Source: an uncultured delta proteobacterium
Lineage (GTDB): Bacteria; Desulfobacterota; Binatia; UBA9968
Length of the DNA: 64,000 nt
Reading direction: 5' to 3'
Assembly (NCBI GenBank): GCA_963760795.1
Contig: CAVXEP010000027.1
Location: forward strand, 13,162-77,161
A program made the translations under genes and the position numbers. The notes beneath the pieces are model-generated. The model saw only the letters and a list, made by a program, of their open reading frames with translations. It had not been told where the DNA came from and searched no databases. Shown piece by piece: positions 30,084 to 40,679 of the stretch; the stretch's first letter is position 1, and each line of letters opens with the position of its first letter.

Positions 30084-31487
30084 ATGAGGTGGACTTTGGC
30101 GGAGATACTCGCGGCTACCGGTGGCAAAGTTGCCAGGCCCGGTAAGCGCGCGCGTTACGGGGAGATTGTGACCGACTCCAAGCAGGTCAAAGGCAATTCG
30201 ATCTTTGTCGCCCTCAAAGGCGAGCGCCACGATGCCCATCGCTTCGTCGGCGCGGCGGTGCGCCAAGGCGCCACCTGCGTCATCGTCCATCGCGCCTTGC
30301 CAAGCGCGACCGGCGGGTCGGCGACGATCGTGCGGGTCGGCGACACGCTCCGCGCGCTTGGCGATCTGGCGCATTACCGGCGCGAGCGGCTGGCGCCCAA
30401 GGTACTTGCGATTACCGGTTCCAACGGCAAGACGACGACTAAGGAAATGGTCGCGGCGATATTGGCGCAAGGTACCGTGGCCGGCCAGTCGTTACGCGGC
30501 CGGGTACTCAAGACCGAAGGCAATTTCAATAATTTGGTCGGTTTGCCGCTGACGCTGTTGCGGTTGACCAAGAGACACAAATTCGCGGTGGTCGAACTTG
30601 GCACCAACTCTCCCGGCGAGATCCAGCGTTTAGCGGAAATCGCCGACCCGGACCTGGGCGTCATCACGACCGTGGCAGCGGCCCATTTGGCAGGTCTAAA
30701 AAACTTGCCCGGCGTGGCGCGCGAAAAGGGCGCGCTCTATCGCGCCGTGCGCCGGAGCGGCATGATCGCGGTCAATCTCGACGATCCCTGGGTGCGTCGT
30801 CTGGGAGCTAAGTTTGCCGGTAAAAAGTTGACCTATGGCGCCGCCGGCCAGCTGCGCGCGCGCGGGTTGCGCGTGCATGCTGGCCGGGGCATGGCCTTCG
30901 CGCTGCACTACGGCGGCCAACAAGCGCGGATCAATTTGAATTATCTAGGCCGGCATAATGTCACCAATGCCCTCAGCGCGGCGGCGTTGACGCTTGGCGT
31001 TGGAGTCAGTTTGGCGGCGGTGCGCCGCGGTTTGGCTCAGGCCAAACCCTTTGCCATGCGTATGCAGCGGCAAAGCTGGCGCGGCATCGGCATCATCAAT
31101 GATAGCTACAACGCAAACCCCGGTTCCATGCAAGCGGCGCTGGAGACCCTGGCTTTGATCGGCGGCCGGGGCAAAAAAATCGCCGTGTTGGGCGACATGT
31201 TCGAGCTCGGCAAACAGAGCGCCAAAGAGCATCGCCAACTGGGCCGGGTCGCCGCCCAAGCGCGGATCGATCGACTTTACTTGCTCGGCGACCAAGCCGG
31301 CGCAGTGCGTTACGGCGCGCTGCGCGCCGGCATGAAAGCGCACCAGGTGACCGTCGGCGCCGACCATGGCGATTTGGCCAACCGCTTGCGCCAACAGCTC
31401 GGGCGCGGCGACTGGCTTTTGGTCAAAGGCTCGCGCGGCATGAAAATGGAAAAAGTTTTGCAAGCGCTCAAGTGCGTGGCGGTCTAG
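30084..31487 (+). CDS. murF: UDP-MurNAc-tripeptide--D-Ala-D-Ala ligase
   Basis: GSNGKTTTKE, NFNN, NDSYNANP, GDMFELG and KGSRG. Confidence 0.95.
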   Translation: MRWTLAEILAATGGKVARPGKRARYGEIVTDSKQVKGNSIFVALKGERHDAHRFVGAAVRQGATCVIVHRALPSATGGSATIVRVGDTLRALGDLAHYRRERLAPKVLAITGSNGKTTTKEMVAAILAQGTVAGQSLRGRVLKTEGNFNNLVGLPLTLLRLTKRHKFAVVELGTNSPGEIQRLAEIADPDLGVITTVAAAHLAGLKNLPGVAREKGALYRAVRRSGMIAVNLDDPWVRRLGAKFAGKKLTYGAAGQLRARGLRVHAGRGMAFALHYGGQQARINLNYLGRHNVTNALSAAALTLGVGVSLAAVRRGLAQAKPFAMRMQRQSWRGIGIINDSYNANPGSMQAALETLALIGGRGKKIAVLGDMFELGKQSAKEHRQLGRVAAQARIDRLYLLGDQAGAVRYGALRAGMKAHQVTVGADHGDLANRLRQQLGRGDWLLVKGSRGMKMEKVLQALKCVAV

Positions 31488-31496
31488 GAGTATCGC

Positions 31497-32573
31497 GTGC
31501 TTTATCATTTGTTCACTTCGCTCTCGACCAGCTACTCCGGCTTCAATGTCTTTCGCTACATCACCTTTCGCGCGGCGATGGCGGCATTGTTGTCGTTGGT
31601 GATTTCGTTTCTGCTCGGCCCCTGGTTGATCCGGATGCTCACCGACAGACAGATCGGTCAACAGATTCGCGATGACGGCCCGGCGTCCCATGCGGTCAAG
31701 GCGGGCACGCCGACCATGGGCGGCGCGCTGATTATCCTAGCCTTGCTGTTCTCGACCGTTATGCTGGCGGATATCACCAATCGCTATGTGCTGTTGGCCT
31801 TGCTCGCCACGGTGGGCAGTGGGGCGGTCGGCTTCGCCGACGATTATTTGAAGCTCACGGGCAAAAACAGCAAGGGGCTGACGCCGCAGACCAAGCTCTT
31901 GGGCCAGCTCGCGGTCGCTCTCGTGGTCGCGGTGGCGCTGTACTTTCAGCCGAAATTCAGCACCGAGATCGCCTTTCCGTTTATCAAGACGTTGCGGGTC
32001 AATCTCGACGTTTTCTACATTCCCTTTGCCATGTTAGTGATCGTCGGCGCCTCCAACGCGGTCAATCTCACCGATGGTCTCGACGGCCTGGCGATCGGCC
32101 CGGTGATGGTTGCCGCGGCGGCTTACGCCGTGGTGGCTTATGCCACCGGTCATCTCAAGTTTGCCGAGTATTTGCAGATCCCCTATGTCGCCGGTGTCGG
32201 CGAGCTGACGGTGTTTTGCGCCGCGGTGGTGGCGGCGGGCTTGGGATTTCTCTGGTACAACGCCTATCCGGCGCAGATGTTCATGGGCGATGTCGGCTCG
32301 CTGGCCCTCGGCGCGGCCCTTGGCATCGTCGCGGTGCTGACCAAGAACGAATTTCTCCTGGTGATCATCGGCGGCGTCTTCGTCATGGAAGCGCTGTCGG
32401 TGATTTTCCAAGTGGCGTCCTACAAGCTCCGCCGCAAGCGGGTTTTCTTGATGGCGCCGATTCACCATCACTACGAACTCAAGGGCTGGAAAGAGCCGCA
32501 GATTATCGTGCGCTTCTGGATCCTGTCGATTATTTTCGCGGTCATCGGTTTGAGCACCTTGAAGCTCAGATAA
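31497..32573 (+). CDS. mraY: Phospho-MurNAc-pentapeptide transferase
   Basis: [29 protein letters not shown] and MAPIHHH. Confidence 0.97.
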   Translation: MLYHLFTSLSTSYSGFNVFRYITFRAAMAALLSLVISFLLGPWLIRMLTDRQIGQQIRDDGPASHAVKAGTPTMGGALIILALLFSTVMLADITNRYVLLALLATVGSGAVGFADDYLKLTGKNSKGLTPQTKLLGQLAVALVVAVALYFQPKFSTEIAFPFIKTLRVNLDVFYIPFAMLVIVGASNAVNLTDGLDGLAIGPVMVAAAAYAVVAYATGHLKFAEYLQIPYVAGVGELTVFCAAVVAAGLGFLWYNAYPAQMFMGDVGSLALGAALGIVAVLTKNEFLLVIIGGVFVMEALSVIFQVASYKLRRKRVFLMAPIHHHYELKGWKEPQIIVRFWILSIIFAVIGLSTLKLR

Positions 32574-32588
32574 CGGCGACGATGTTAA

Positions 32589-33923
32589 ATGGATCTCAAA
32601 GCAAAAAAGGTACTGGTCATCGGCCTGGCGCGCACCGGACGGGAATGCGCGCGCTTTCTCGCGCAACAGGGGGCCAGGGTGTGGATTAGCGACCTACGCG
32701 GACCAGACGAGCTGCGCGGTGAAATGGCCGCACTCAGCGATCTTTCGCCAACCTATCGGTTAGGCGGCGAGGAAAAAAGTTGGCTCGACGGCATGGACTG
32801 CGTGGTGCCGAGTCCGGGTGTGCCGAGGGAAAATCCTTTGCTGCGCGAAGCGCTGGCGCGAAAAATTCCGATATTGAGCGAAATCGAGCTGGCCTATCGC
32901 TATTTCACCGCGCCGCTGGTGGCGATCACCGGCACCAACGGCAAAAGCACGACGACCACCTTGATCGGCAAGATGCTCCAGGCCGACGGCAAGAAAGTTT
33001 TTCTCGGCGGCAACTTGGGCGCGCCATTTATCGGCGCGGCGACCGACTCCTGGGATTGGGGCGTGATCGAGATCAGCAGCTTTCAGTTGGAATGGGTCGA
33101 CGAGTTTCGCCCGCGCATCGCGCTCTTGCTCAACCTCTCCGAGGATCACTTGGACCGCTACGCGAGTTTCGCCGACTACTGCCAGGCCAAGGAGCGCATC
33201 TTCGCGGCGCAGCATCGCGCCGACGTGGCGATCCTCAACCGCGACGATCCGCTGGTATGGCAGCTGCGCGAGCGCATTGCCGCACATGTGGTTTCCTTCG
33301 GCTTTGGCGAAGTCGCCGAAGGTGTGTTCGCGACGCCAACGGAAATCGTCTGGCGCGACAGTACCGTCGAGGAGCGCTTCTCGTTAGCAAAGGCGAAGAT
33401 CCAAGGCGTGCATAACGTGGAAAATATCATGGCCGCCATCGCGGCCGCCGAGTGCGCTGGTGTCTCGCGGCGAGCGATTGAACAAACGCTCGAAGATTTC
33501 CCCGGCCTCGAACACCGTCTTGAATTCGTCCGCGAGAAAGACGGTGTTCGCTACTACAACGATTCCAAGGGCACCAACGTCGGCGCGGTGGCGAAGTCCC
33601 TGGCGAGCTTTGACGGGCCGGTGATCTTGCTCGCCGGCGGCGTCGACAAGGGCGGCGACTATGCGCCGTTGGCGGCGGGTATCCAAAACCAAGTCCGTCG
33701 CTTGGTGTTGTTCGGCGCGGCCAAACAGACCATCGCCGCCGCCTTGGGCCGACTGACGACGACTGTGCTGGTCGATGATATAAATGCGGCGGTGCGTGAT
33801 GCCGCGGCTCACGCTCAGCCGGGAGATGTGGTGTTGCTGTCGCCGGCCTGTTCGAGTTTCGATCAATTTCGTAACTATGCCGAACGCGGCAAGAGCTTCA
33901 AGGACTTGGTGCAGGCGCTATGA
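32589..33923 (+). CDS. murD: UDP-MurNAc-L-Ala--D-Glu ligase
   Basis: SPG, GTNGKSTTT, EISSFQL, DHLDRY, NDSKGTN and LSPACSSFD. Confidence 0.96.
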   Translation: MDLKAKKVLVIGLARTGRECARFLAQQGARVWISDLRGPDELRGEMAALSDLSPTYRLGGEEKSWLDGMDCVVPSPGVPRENPLLREALARKIPILSEIELAYRYFTAPLVAITGTNGKSTTTTLIGKMLQADGKKVFLGGNLGAPFIGAATDSWDWGVIEISSFQLEWVDEFRPRIALLLNLSEDHLDRYASFADYCQAKERIFAAQHRADVAILNRDDPLVWQLRERIAAHVVSFGFGEVAEGVFATPTEIVWRDSTVEERFSLAKAKIQGVHNVENIMAAIAAAECAGVSRRAIEQTLEDFPGLEHRLEFVREKDGVRYYNDSKGTNVGAVAKSLASFDGPVILLAGGVDKGGDYAPLAAGIQNQVRRLVLFGAAKQTIAAALGRLTTTVLVDDINAAVRDAAAHAQPGDVVLLSPACSSFDQFRNYAERGKSFKDLVQAL

Positions 33924-35014
33924 GAGATGCTTTGGCCGTCGATAAATGGATACTGCTGGCGGTCATCGGCCTGGTCGCCATGGGCGTGGTCATGGTGCTC
34001 AGCACCAGTTATCTCTATTCCCAAGAGCGTTACGCCGACGGCACGTTCTTTTTTCGCAAACAATTGTTCGCCATGGGCGCCGGCGTGGTCGCGTTGATCG
34101 TCTGTTCGCTGATCCCGGCGCATCAATATCGCCGTTTCGCCTATCCGTTGCTGGCGCTGACCCTGGTCTGTTTGATTCTCGTGCTGATTCCCGGTATCGG
34201 CGCCAGTCGCGGCGGCGCGCGCCGCTGGATTGCCTTGGCGGGCTTTGCCTTTCAACCGTCGGAGTTGGCTAAGTTGGCGGTCGTCGTCTATCTCGCCCAT
34301 TCCATCGCTAAGAAAGAACCGTTGATCGGCTCCTTCTCCATCGGCGTCTTGCCGCACATGATCGTGACCGGCTTGTTCGCCGGCGTGCTTCTGCTCGAAC
34401 CCGACTTCGGCAGCGCCTTGATTCTGACCATGCTGCTCTACTCGATGTTGTTCATCGGCGGTGTGCGTGTGCACCATCTGCTCGGCACCGGCCTGTTAGC
34501 CTTGCCTTTGCTTATTTATGTCATGACCCAGGCGGACTACCGGATGCGCCGCTTGACGTGTTTCTTAGACCCTTGGAGCGATGCGGCGGGCTGCGGCTTT
34601 CACGTTATTCAATCGTTGATCGCTTTCGGTTCCGGACAGTTGTGGGGGCGCGGCTTGGGCGAGAGCCGGCAGAAGTTATTTTATCTACCCGAAGCGCACA
34701 CCGATTTTGTTTTCTCGGTGATCGGCGAGGAGTTGGGGCTGCTCGGTGCGTTTGCGGTCCTGGCGCTGTTCGGCGTGATTATTTTGCGCGGCCTGCGGCT
34801 GACCTCGCGCATCGAGGAGCCGTTCGATCAGTATTTGGCTTTCGGCTTGACGGTGCTCTTAGGACTCCAGGCTTTGATTCACATGGGTGTGGTGATGGGG
34901 CTCATGCCGACCAAGGGACTGGTGCTGCCGTTCATCAGTTACGGCGGCACGGCCATGCTGATCAATCTGGCGGAGGCGGGCATTTTGCTCAGCCTGTCGC
35001 GCCGGAGAGTTTAG
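33920..35014 (+). CDS. ftsW: SEDS peptidoglycan glycosyltransferase FtsW
   Basis: GARRW, QPSELAK, LPEAHTDF and LPFISYGG. Confidence 0.95.
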   Translation: MRDALAVDKWILLAVIGLVAMGVVMVLSTSYLYSQERYADGTFFFRKQLFAMGAGVVALIVCSLIPAHQYRRFAYPLLALTLVCLILVLIPGIGASRGGARRWIALAGFAFQPSELAKLAVVVYLAHSIAKKEPLIGSFSIGVLPHMIVTGLFAGVLLLEPDFGSALILTMLLYSMLFIGGVRVHHLLGTGLLALPLLIYVMTQADYRMRRLTCFLDPWSDAAGCGFHVIQSLIAFGSGQLWGRGLGESRQKLFYLPEAHTDFVFSVIGEELGLLGAFAVLALFGVIILRGLRLTSRIEEPFDQYLAFGLTVLLGLQALIHMGVVMGLMPTKGLVLPFISYGGTAMLINLAEAGILLSLSRRRV

Positions 35015-35015
35015 C

Positions 35016-36083
35016 ATGCGGGTAGTTTTCGCCGGCGGCGGAACCGGCGGCCACCTGTTCCCCGGTCTGGCGGTGGCGCGGGAGTTTCAGCGCCGCGATG
35101 GCCAGACGGAAATAGTTTTTATCGGCACCGAACAGGGCATCGAATATCGCGTGTTACCTAAAGAAGGATTCAAACTGGAAACGCTCACGGTCAAAGGGAT
35201 AAAGGGGCGCGGTATCCGCGGCATTCTCGACGCGCTCTACGGTGTGCCGGCGGCGCTGTTGCGTTCGCTGGCGATCCTGCGCGCCTTTCGCCCGGACTGC
35301 GTGATTGGGCTCGGCGGTTATGCGTCCGGGCCGGTGTTGCTGGCGGCCCAACTCAAACGTATTCGCTGCGCCATCATGGAGCAGAATCTGCGGCCGGGTT
35401 TCACCAATAAGCTGCTCGCCCGCTGGGTCGATCGAGTCTTTACCGCCTACCGTGAGAGCGCCGAGTATTTTCCCGGCGCACGGGTGATCGAGACTGGCAA
35501 CCCGGTGCGCTGGACCCATGTGCCGCAGGTTAAGCGCAGCGACAAATTCACGCTGCTGATTTTCGGCGGCAGCGGCGGCGCCCGGCGGATCAATTATGCC
35601 GTCGTCGACGCATTGAAATTACTCGGCGATCTTAAAAGCGCCATCGTCATCACGCACCAAACCGGACCATTGGATTACGACGCGATCAAACAAGCTTACG
35701 GCGCGCTGCCATTCGACGCGACGGTAACGCCGTTTATCGAGCGCATGGACGAAGCCTATGCCGGCGCCGACTTGGTGCTATGCCGCGCCGGGGCGATGAC
35801 CATCGCCGAACTGACGGTGTTCGGCAAGGCGGCGATTTTGGTGCCTTATCCGTACGCGATTTACGATCATCAGCGCGGTAACGCCGAGTCGTTGCAGCAA
35901 CAGGGCGCCGCCGAAATGATTTTGGATCGCGACCTGAGCGGCGAGCTGTTGGCCGAGCGCATTCGCGGCTATTTCGCCGATCGTGCGCGGCTTGAGCGCA
36001 TGGCGGCGGCGGCGCGCGCCTTGGGCCGGCCGGATGCCGCGGCGCGGATTGTCGATGCCTGTTACGGCTTGGCGCAGGCGTAG
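35016..36083 (+). CDS. murG: Lipid II GlcNAc transferase
   Basis: GGGTGGH, GGY, EQN, GNPVR, GGSGGA and RAGA. Confidence 0.96.
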   Translation: MRVVFAGGGTGGHLFPGLAVAREFQRRDGQTEIVFIGTEQGIEYRVLPKEGFKLETLTVKGIKGRGIRGILDALYGVPAALLRSLAILRAFRPDCVIGLGGYASGPVLLAAQLKRIRCAIMEQNLRPGFTNKLLARWVDRVFTAYRESAEYFPGARVIETGNPVRWTHVPQVKRSDKFTLLIFGGSGGARRINYAVVDALKLLGDLKSAIVITHQTGPLDYDAIKQAYGALPFDATVTPFIERMDEAYAGADLVLCRAGAMTIAELTVFGKAAILVPYPYAIYDHQRGNAESLQQQGAAEMILDRDLSGELLAERIRGYFADRARLERMAAAARALGRPDAAARIVDACYGLAQA

Positions 36084-36107
36084 ATTGGTAATGGACGCGA
36101 AAGTTTC

Positions 36108-37493
36108 ATGTTGCAGAAGAAACATAAAATTCACTTTGTCGGCATTGGCGGCATCGGCATGAGCGGCATCGCCGAAGTGTTGCTCAACTCGGGCTACGCG
36201 GTGAGCGGCTCGGACTTGCAGGCCAGCGAGGCGACTCGGCGTCTGAGTTCTCTCGGTGCGCAGATTTTTGTCGGCCATCAGGAAGAAAATATCGCCGGCA
36301 AGCCGTCGGTGGTGGTGATCTCGACGGCGGTAAAATATGCCAATCCGGAGGTCTTGGAAGCGCGCCGGCGCCATATCCCGGTGATCCCGCGCGCCGAAAT
36401 GCTGGCCGAGCTGATGCGCATGAAGTTCGGCGTCGCCGTGGCCGGCAGCCACGGCAAGACCACGACCACGTCGATGGTTTCGGCGGTGCTGAGCGCCGCC
36501 GGTTTGGACCCGACCATGGTGATCGGCGGCCGGCTGCATATGCTCGGCAGCAACGCCAAGTTGGGCGCGGGCGATATCATGGTCGCCGAGGCCGACGAAA
36601 GCGACGGCAGTTTTCTGCTGCTTGCGCCGACCATCGCGGTGGTGACCAATATCGACAAAGAGCACATGGATTTCCATGGCACCATGGAACGGTTGAGCGA
36701 AAACTTTCTCACCTTCATCAACAAAGTGCCGTTCTACGGGGTCGCGGTGTTGTGCAGCGACGATGCCCAGGTGCGCGGTCTGTTGCCCAAGGTACGCAAG
36801 CGTTTCACGACCTATGGCCTGTCGCCGGAAGCGGAGTTCTCCGCCGAGGATTTGACCATGAGTCCCGCCGGCGTGACATTCACCGCGCTCCATCACGGCA
36901 AGTCACTGGGCAAAGTGCGCCTGCGCTCGCCGGGAAAACATAGCGCGACCAACTCACTGGCCGCGATTGCGGTGGCCCATGAACTGGAAGTGCGGTTCGC
37001 CCATGTCGCCCAGGCCTTCGAAGCCTTCAGCGGTATTCATCGCCGTTTTGAAATAATCGGCGAGCCCAAGGGCGTGATGGTGATCGACGATTATGGCCAT
37101 CACCCGTCAGAGATTCGCGCCACCATCGGCGCCATTCGCGACAGTTGGAAGCGGCCGTTGACGGTGATCTTCCAGCCGCACCGCTATACCCGTACACGCG
37201 ATCTCTTCGACGAGTTCTTGACGGCATTTGAAGGCGCGGACCGGCTCGTGCTGACGGAAATTTACGGCGCCGGCGAAGATCCGATCACCGGCGCCACCGG
37301 CGAGGCGTTATACCAGGCGCTCAAACGCCAGGGCCATTTAGAGGTCGAGTATGTCGCCGACAAAAGCCAAATCGTCGCGCACCTCGCCGGCCGGCTGCAA
37401 GCCGGCGATATGGCGCTGACCTTGGGCGCCGGCGATATTTACAAAGTCGGTGAAGCCTTGGTTGAGGCGCTGCAGAGAGAGGGATTGGAGTGA
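36108..37493 (+). CDS. murC: UDP-MurNAc--L-Ala ligase
   Basis: GIGGIGMSG, GSHGKTTT, EADESD, DDYGHHP and FQPHRYTR. Confidence 0.96.
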   Translation: MLQKKHKIHFVGIGGIGMSGIAEVLLNSGYAVSGSDLQASEATRRLSSLGAQIFVGHQEENIAGKPSVVVISTAVKYANPEVLEARRRHIPVIPRAEMLAELMRMKFGVAVAGSHGKTTTTSMVSAVLSAAGLDPTMVIGGRLHMLGSNAKLGAGDIMVAEADESDGSFLLLAPTIAVVTNIDKEHMDFHGTMERLSENFLTFINKVPFYGVAVLCSDDAQVRGLLPKVRKRFTTYGLSPEAEFSAEDLTMSPAGVTFTALHHGKSLGKVRLRSPGKHSATNSLAAIAVAHELEVRFAHVAQAFEAFSGIHRRFEIIGEPKGVMVIDDYGHHPSEIRATIGAIRDSWKRPLTVIFQPHRYTRTRDLFDEFLTAFEGADRLVLTEIYGAGEDPITGATGEALYQALKRQGHLEVEYVADKSQIVAHLAGRLQAGDMALTLGAGDIYKVGEALVEALQREGLE

Positions 37494-37582
37494 TGGGATG
37501 TTGGAGTATTGGAGTCCTGGAGTGATGGAGCCATGGGTGGGGAGGGGACACTACTCCAGTACTCCATCACTGCATGACTCCC
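37481..37582. repeat. Octamer (TGGAGTNN) tandem-repeat hairpin element, copy 1
   Basis: gggattggagtgatgg...tggagtattggagtcctggagtgatgg followed by inverted actactccagtactccatcactgca. Confidence 0.8.
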
Positions 37583-37602
37583 GTTCACAACCGATAATTG
37601 CG

Positions 37603-38544
37603 ATGGCAAGAGCACAGGAAGCTTCACGGTTAGTGGCTGATCTCTCGTCGGTCTCCGGCGCGCGTCTCAAGCTCGATGAGCCGCTGGCGCGCTATACCTC
37701 GATGAAGATCGGCGGTCCGGCGGATTATTTTATCGAAGCCGACAACGGCGCGGCGCTGGCCGCAGTTCTCATCGCCCTGCGCCGCCATCAGGTGCGATTA
37801 TGTCTCTTGGGCAACGGCAGCAATGTTCTGATCAGCGACCGCGGCGTGCGCGGCGCGGTGATTCATTTAACCGGTGAGTTCAAAAAGATCGAATGGCGCG
37901 ATGGCGGCGACGCTATCGAAGTCGAGGTTGGCGCGGCCTACGCCGTCACCCGGCTGGCGCGCCAGGCGGCGCGCAAGGGATACGCCGGTCTGGAATTCGC
38001 CGAGGGGATTCCCGGCAGCGTCGGCGGCGCGCTGGTGATGAACGCGGGGGCCTACGGTTCCGAGATCGAAAAAATAGTCGAGCGCGTTGATGCGATCAAT
38101 CAGGACGGCCAAGCGCTGGTTTTCTCCCGAGCGCAGATGACGTTTAGTTATCGCGATTCGCATCTACCCGCGGGCACGGTGGTGACGGGCGTCGTGCTGC
38201 GCTTGCGCCGGGGCGAAGCGGCGCAGGTGAATGCCAGATTGCGCGAGCTGGTGGGCAAACGGAAAAGCAGCCAGCCGTCGGGATTCCCCAACTCAGGATC
38301 GATGTTTCGCAATCCGCCGGGGGATTTCGCCGGCCGGTTGATCGAAGCCAGCGGTTTGAAGGGCCGGCGGAACGGCCAGGCGCAGATCGCCGAGCGCCAT
38401 GCCAACTTCATCGTCAACCTCGGCGGCGCCAAAGCCACCGAGGTGCGCCAGTTGATGGAGCTGGCCGAGAGCGAGGTGCGCCGCCGTTTCAATATTAATT
38501 TGATCGCTGAAGTGAAGTATCTCGGCGAGTGGTTGGACAATTAG
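37603..38544 (+). CDS. murB: UDP-N-acetylenolpyruvoylglucosamine reductase
   Basis: IGGPA, GNGSN, GIPGSVGG..MNAGAYG, SGSMFRNP and HANF. True start is ATG 37603 or slightly later; the ORF extension runs through the repeat. Confidence 0.93.
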   Translation: MARAQEASRLVADLSSVSGARLKLDEPLARYTSMKIGGPADYFIEADNGAALAAVLIALRRHQVRLCLLGNGSNVLISDRGVRGAVIHLTGEFKKIEWRDGGDAIEVEVGAAYAVTRLARQAARKGYAGLEFAEGIPGSVGGALVMNAGAYGSEIEKIVERVDAINQDGQALVFSRAQMTFSYRDSHLPAGTVVTGVVLRLRRGEAAQVNARLRELVGKRKSSQPSGFPNSGSMFRNPPGDFAGRLIEASGLKGRRNGQAQIAERHANFIVNLGGAKATEVRQLMELAESEVRRRFNINLIAEVKYLGEWLDN

Positions 38545-38554
38545 TCGAAGCCCT

Positions 38555-39370
38555 ATGCAATTGAAAGTTCACCGGAGAGACAATCGCAAGCGCGATCAGC
38601 AGCGTGGCCGGCGCCGCTGGTGGATCGCCGGCATGGTGGCATTGCTGCTAGTTGCCGGAGCCCTGCTCTATCGTCTCAGCGGGCCGCTGGCCATTGCCGC
38701 GCGCTCGACGCGGGATTTTTTCGCCGACAACCGCTATTTCGCCGTGCGCCAGATCGAGGTCCATGGCGGCGACAAGGTCGGCGGCGACGAGATCGTCGCC
38801 GCCGCCGGACTGCGCCAAGGGATGAATATCTGGAACGTCGACGCCGTCGCCATCGAGAAGAAAATCGCCAAACACCCTTGGGTGCGCCGGGTGTTGGTGC
38901 GCCGCGATTTCCCGCGCCGGGTCGTTATTGACGTCGAGGAACGCAGACCCAAAGCGATCGTCGGCGTCGGCAAGCTTTATTATATCGACGCCGACGCCGT
39001 GGTGTTCAAAGAAGTCGCCTCGGGTGAGAGCATCAAGTATCCCATGCTCACCGGTATTTATGCCGAAGGGCTGATGCGCGGCGATCCAGCGGCGCGCCAG
39101 CGCATCCGCGACGCCATACGCTTGACCGATTTGATGGCGCAGCGCTCCCATACGCTGTCGGAGATTCACTTCGAAGCGCCGGACCGGCTGGTGGTCTATC
39201 CGACGAAATTCCCGGTGGCCTGGCGCCTGGGCTGGGGCGACTGGGAGGAGAAGCTCGCGCGCTTGGACCGTTTGCTGGAATTATGGAAGGGCAACGAGGA
39301 GCGGTTGGCGTCTTTGGATATGAGTTTTCGCGATCAAGTGGTGGCGCGTTTGCGGGATAAAAAGGAGTAG
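38555..39370 (+). CDS. ftsQ: Cell division protein FtsQ/DivIB
   Basis: TM helix plus POTRA domain (PWVRRVLVRRDFP..VVIDVEERRP) and LDMSF; located before ftsA. Confidence 0.9.
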   Translation: MQLKVHRRDNRKRDQQRGRRRWWIAGMVALLLVAGALLYRLSGPLAIAARSTRDFFADNRYFAVRQIEVHGGDKVGGDEIVAAAGLRQGMNIWNVDAVAIEKKIAKHPWVRRVLVRRDFPRRVVIDVEERRPKAIVGVGKLYYIDADAVVFKEVASGESIKYPMLTGIYAEGLMRGDPAARQRIRDAIRLTDLMAQRSHTLSEIHFEAPDRLVVYPTKFPVAWRLGWGDWEEKLARLDRLLELWKGNEERLASLDMSFRDQVVARLRDKKE

Positions 39371-39411
39371 AGGAGCCGGCAGGATCAACTAGCACCGGGA
39401 AATCGACGGAT

Positions 39412-40638
39412 ATGGCGAAGAAAAACACCATCGTTGTTGGCTTGGATATCGGCACGTCAAAAGTCTGCGCCGTGGTCGGCGAGATGACCGAGCGCGGCGT
39501 CGACATCATCGGCGTCGGCAGTCACGCGTCGGCAGGCCTGCGCAAGGGGGTCGTCATCAACATCGAAAGCACCGTTAGCTCGATCAAGCGCGCGGTGCAG
39601 GAAGCGGCGTTGATGGCCGGTTGCGAGATTCACACGGTGTTCGCGGCCATCTCCGGCGGCCATATCAAATCGTTCAATAGCCACGGCATCGTCGCGGTGA
39701 AGCACAAAGAGGTGACCCAGCGCGATCTCGACCGGGTGATCGACGCCGCCAAGGCGGTGGCGATCCCGCTGGACCGCGAAGTGCTGCATGTCCTGCCCCA
39801 GGACTACATCATCGACGAGCAGGACGGCATTAAAGAACCGTTGGGCATGTCTGGCGTCCGCTTGGAAGCCAAAGTCCATGTGGTGACCGGTGCGGTGACG
39901 TCGGTGCAGAACGTCGTCAAGTGCTGCAATCGCAGTGGCCTCAATGTCGCCGAGATCGTGCTCACGCCGCTGGCCGCCGCCGAAGCGGTGCTCACCGATG
40001 AAGAGCGCGAGTTAGGCGTGGTTCTAGTCGATATGGGCGGCGGCACCACCGATATCACGGTATTTCATGACGGCACGGTGAAGCATACCGCGGTGCTCAG
40101 CATCGGCGGCAATCATGTGACCAACGATATCGCCGCCGGTTTACGGACGCCGTTTGGCGACGCCGAGCGCATCAAGCAACGTTATGGCTACGCCAAAGCG
40201 GCGATGGCGATGGGTCAGGAACGGGTCGAGGTGCCGAGCATCGCCGGCAAAGAGGCGGGAACTGTGTCGCGGCAAATTCTCTGTGAAATCATCGAGCCGC
40301 GCTTGGACGAGATCTTCGAATTGGTCCAGAAAGAAATCGCCAAGTCCGGTTTCGACGGCTCCTTGGCCTCGGGCATCGTCGCCACCGGCGGTGCCATGCT
40401 ACTGCCCGGCGCCGTCGAGATGGCCGTGCGCTCCTTTGGTGTGCCGGTGCGCTTGGGAGTGCCGATGCAGGTCGGCGGTTTGATCGATGTCATCGATAAT
40501 CCGATTCACGCCGCCGCTGTCGGCCTGGTGCTCCATGGCATGAAGGGCCAGGAGCGCGGTGTGGCGCGGCCGCGGGACGACAAGATGATCGCCAAGGTGA
40601 AGCACCGCATGTCGGATTGGCTCAGTGAGTTTTTTTAA
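39412..40638 (+). CDS. ftsA: Cell division protein FtsA
   Basis: [18 protein letters not shown] and DMGGGTT; C-terminal amphipathic WLSEFF. Confidence 0.97.
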   Translation: MAKKNTIVVGLDIGTSKVCAVVGEMTERGVDIIGVGSHASAGLRKGVVINIESTVSSIKRAVQEAALMAGCEIHTVFAAISGGHIKSFNSHGIVAVKHKEVTQRDLDRVIDAAKAVAIPLDREVLHVLPQDYIIDEQDGIKEPLGMSGVRLEAKVHVVTGAVTSVQNVVKCCNRSGLNVAEIVLTPLAAAEAVLTDEERELGVVLVDMGGGTTDITVFHDGTVKHTAVLSIGGNHVTNDIAAGLRTPFGDAERIKQRYGYAKAAMAMGQERVEVPSIAGKEAGTVSRQILCEIIEPRLDEIFELVQKEIAKSGFDGSLASGIVATGGAMLLPGAVEMAVRSFGVPVRLGVPMQVGGLIDVIDNPIHAAAVGLVLHGMKGQERGVARPRDDKMIAKVKHRMSDWLSEFF

Positions 40639-40679
40639 ACGGGGAGACAATTTTCAAGTTTAACGGAGGAGGACAGAAC

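Noticed and set aside
37450-37602. N-terminal extension of MurB
   Set aside because: It is translation through the murC end and the octamer repeat element; MurB similarity starts after 37603.
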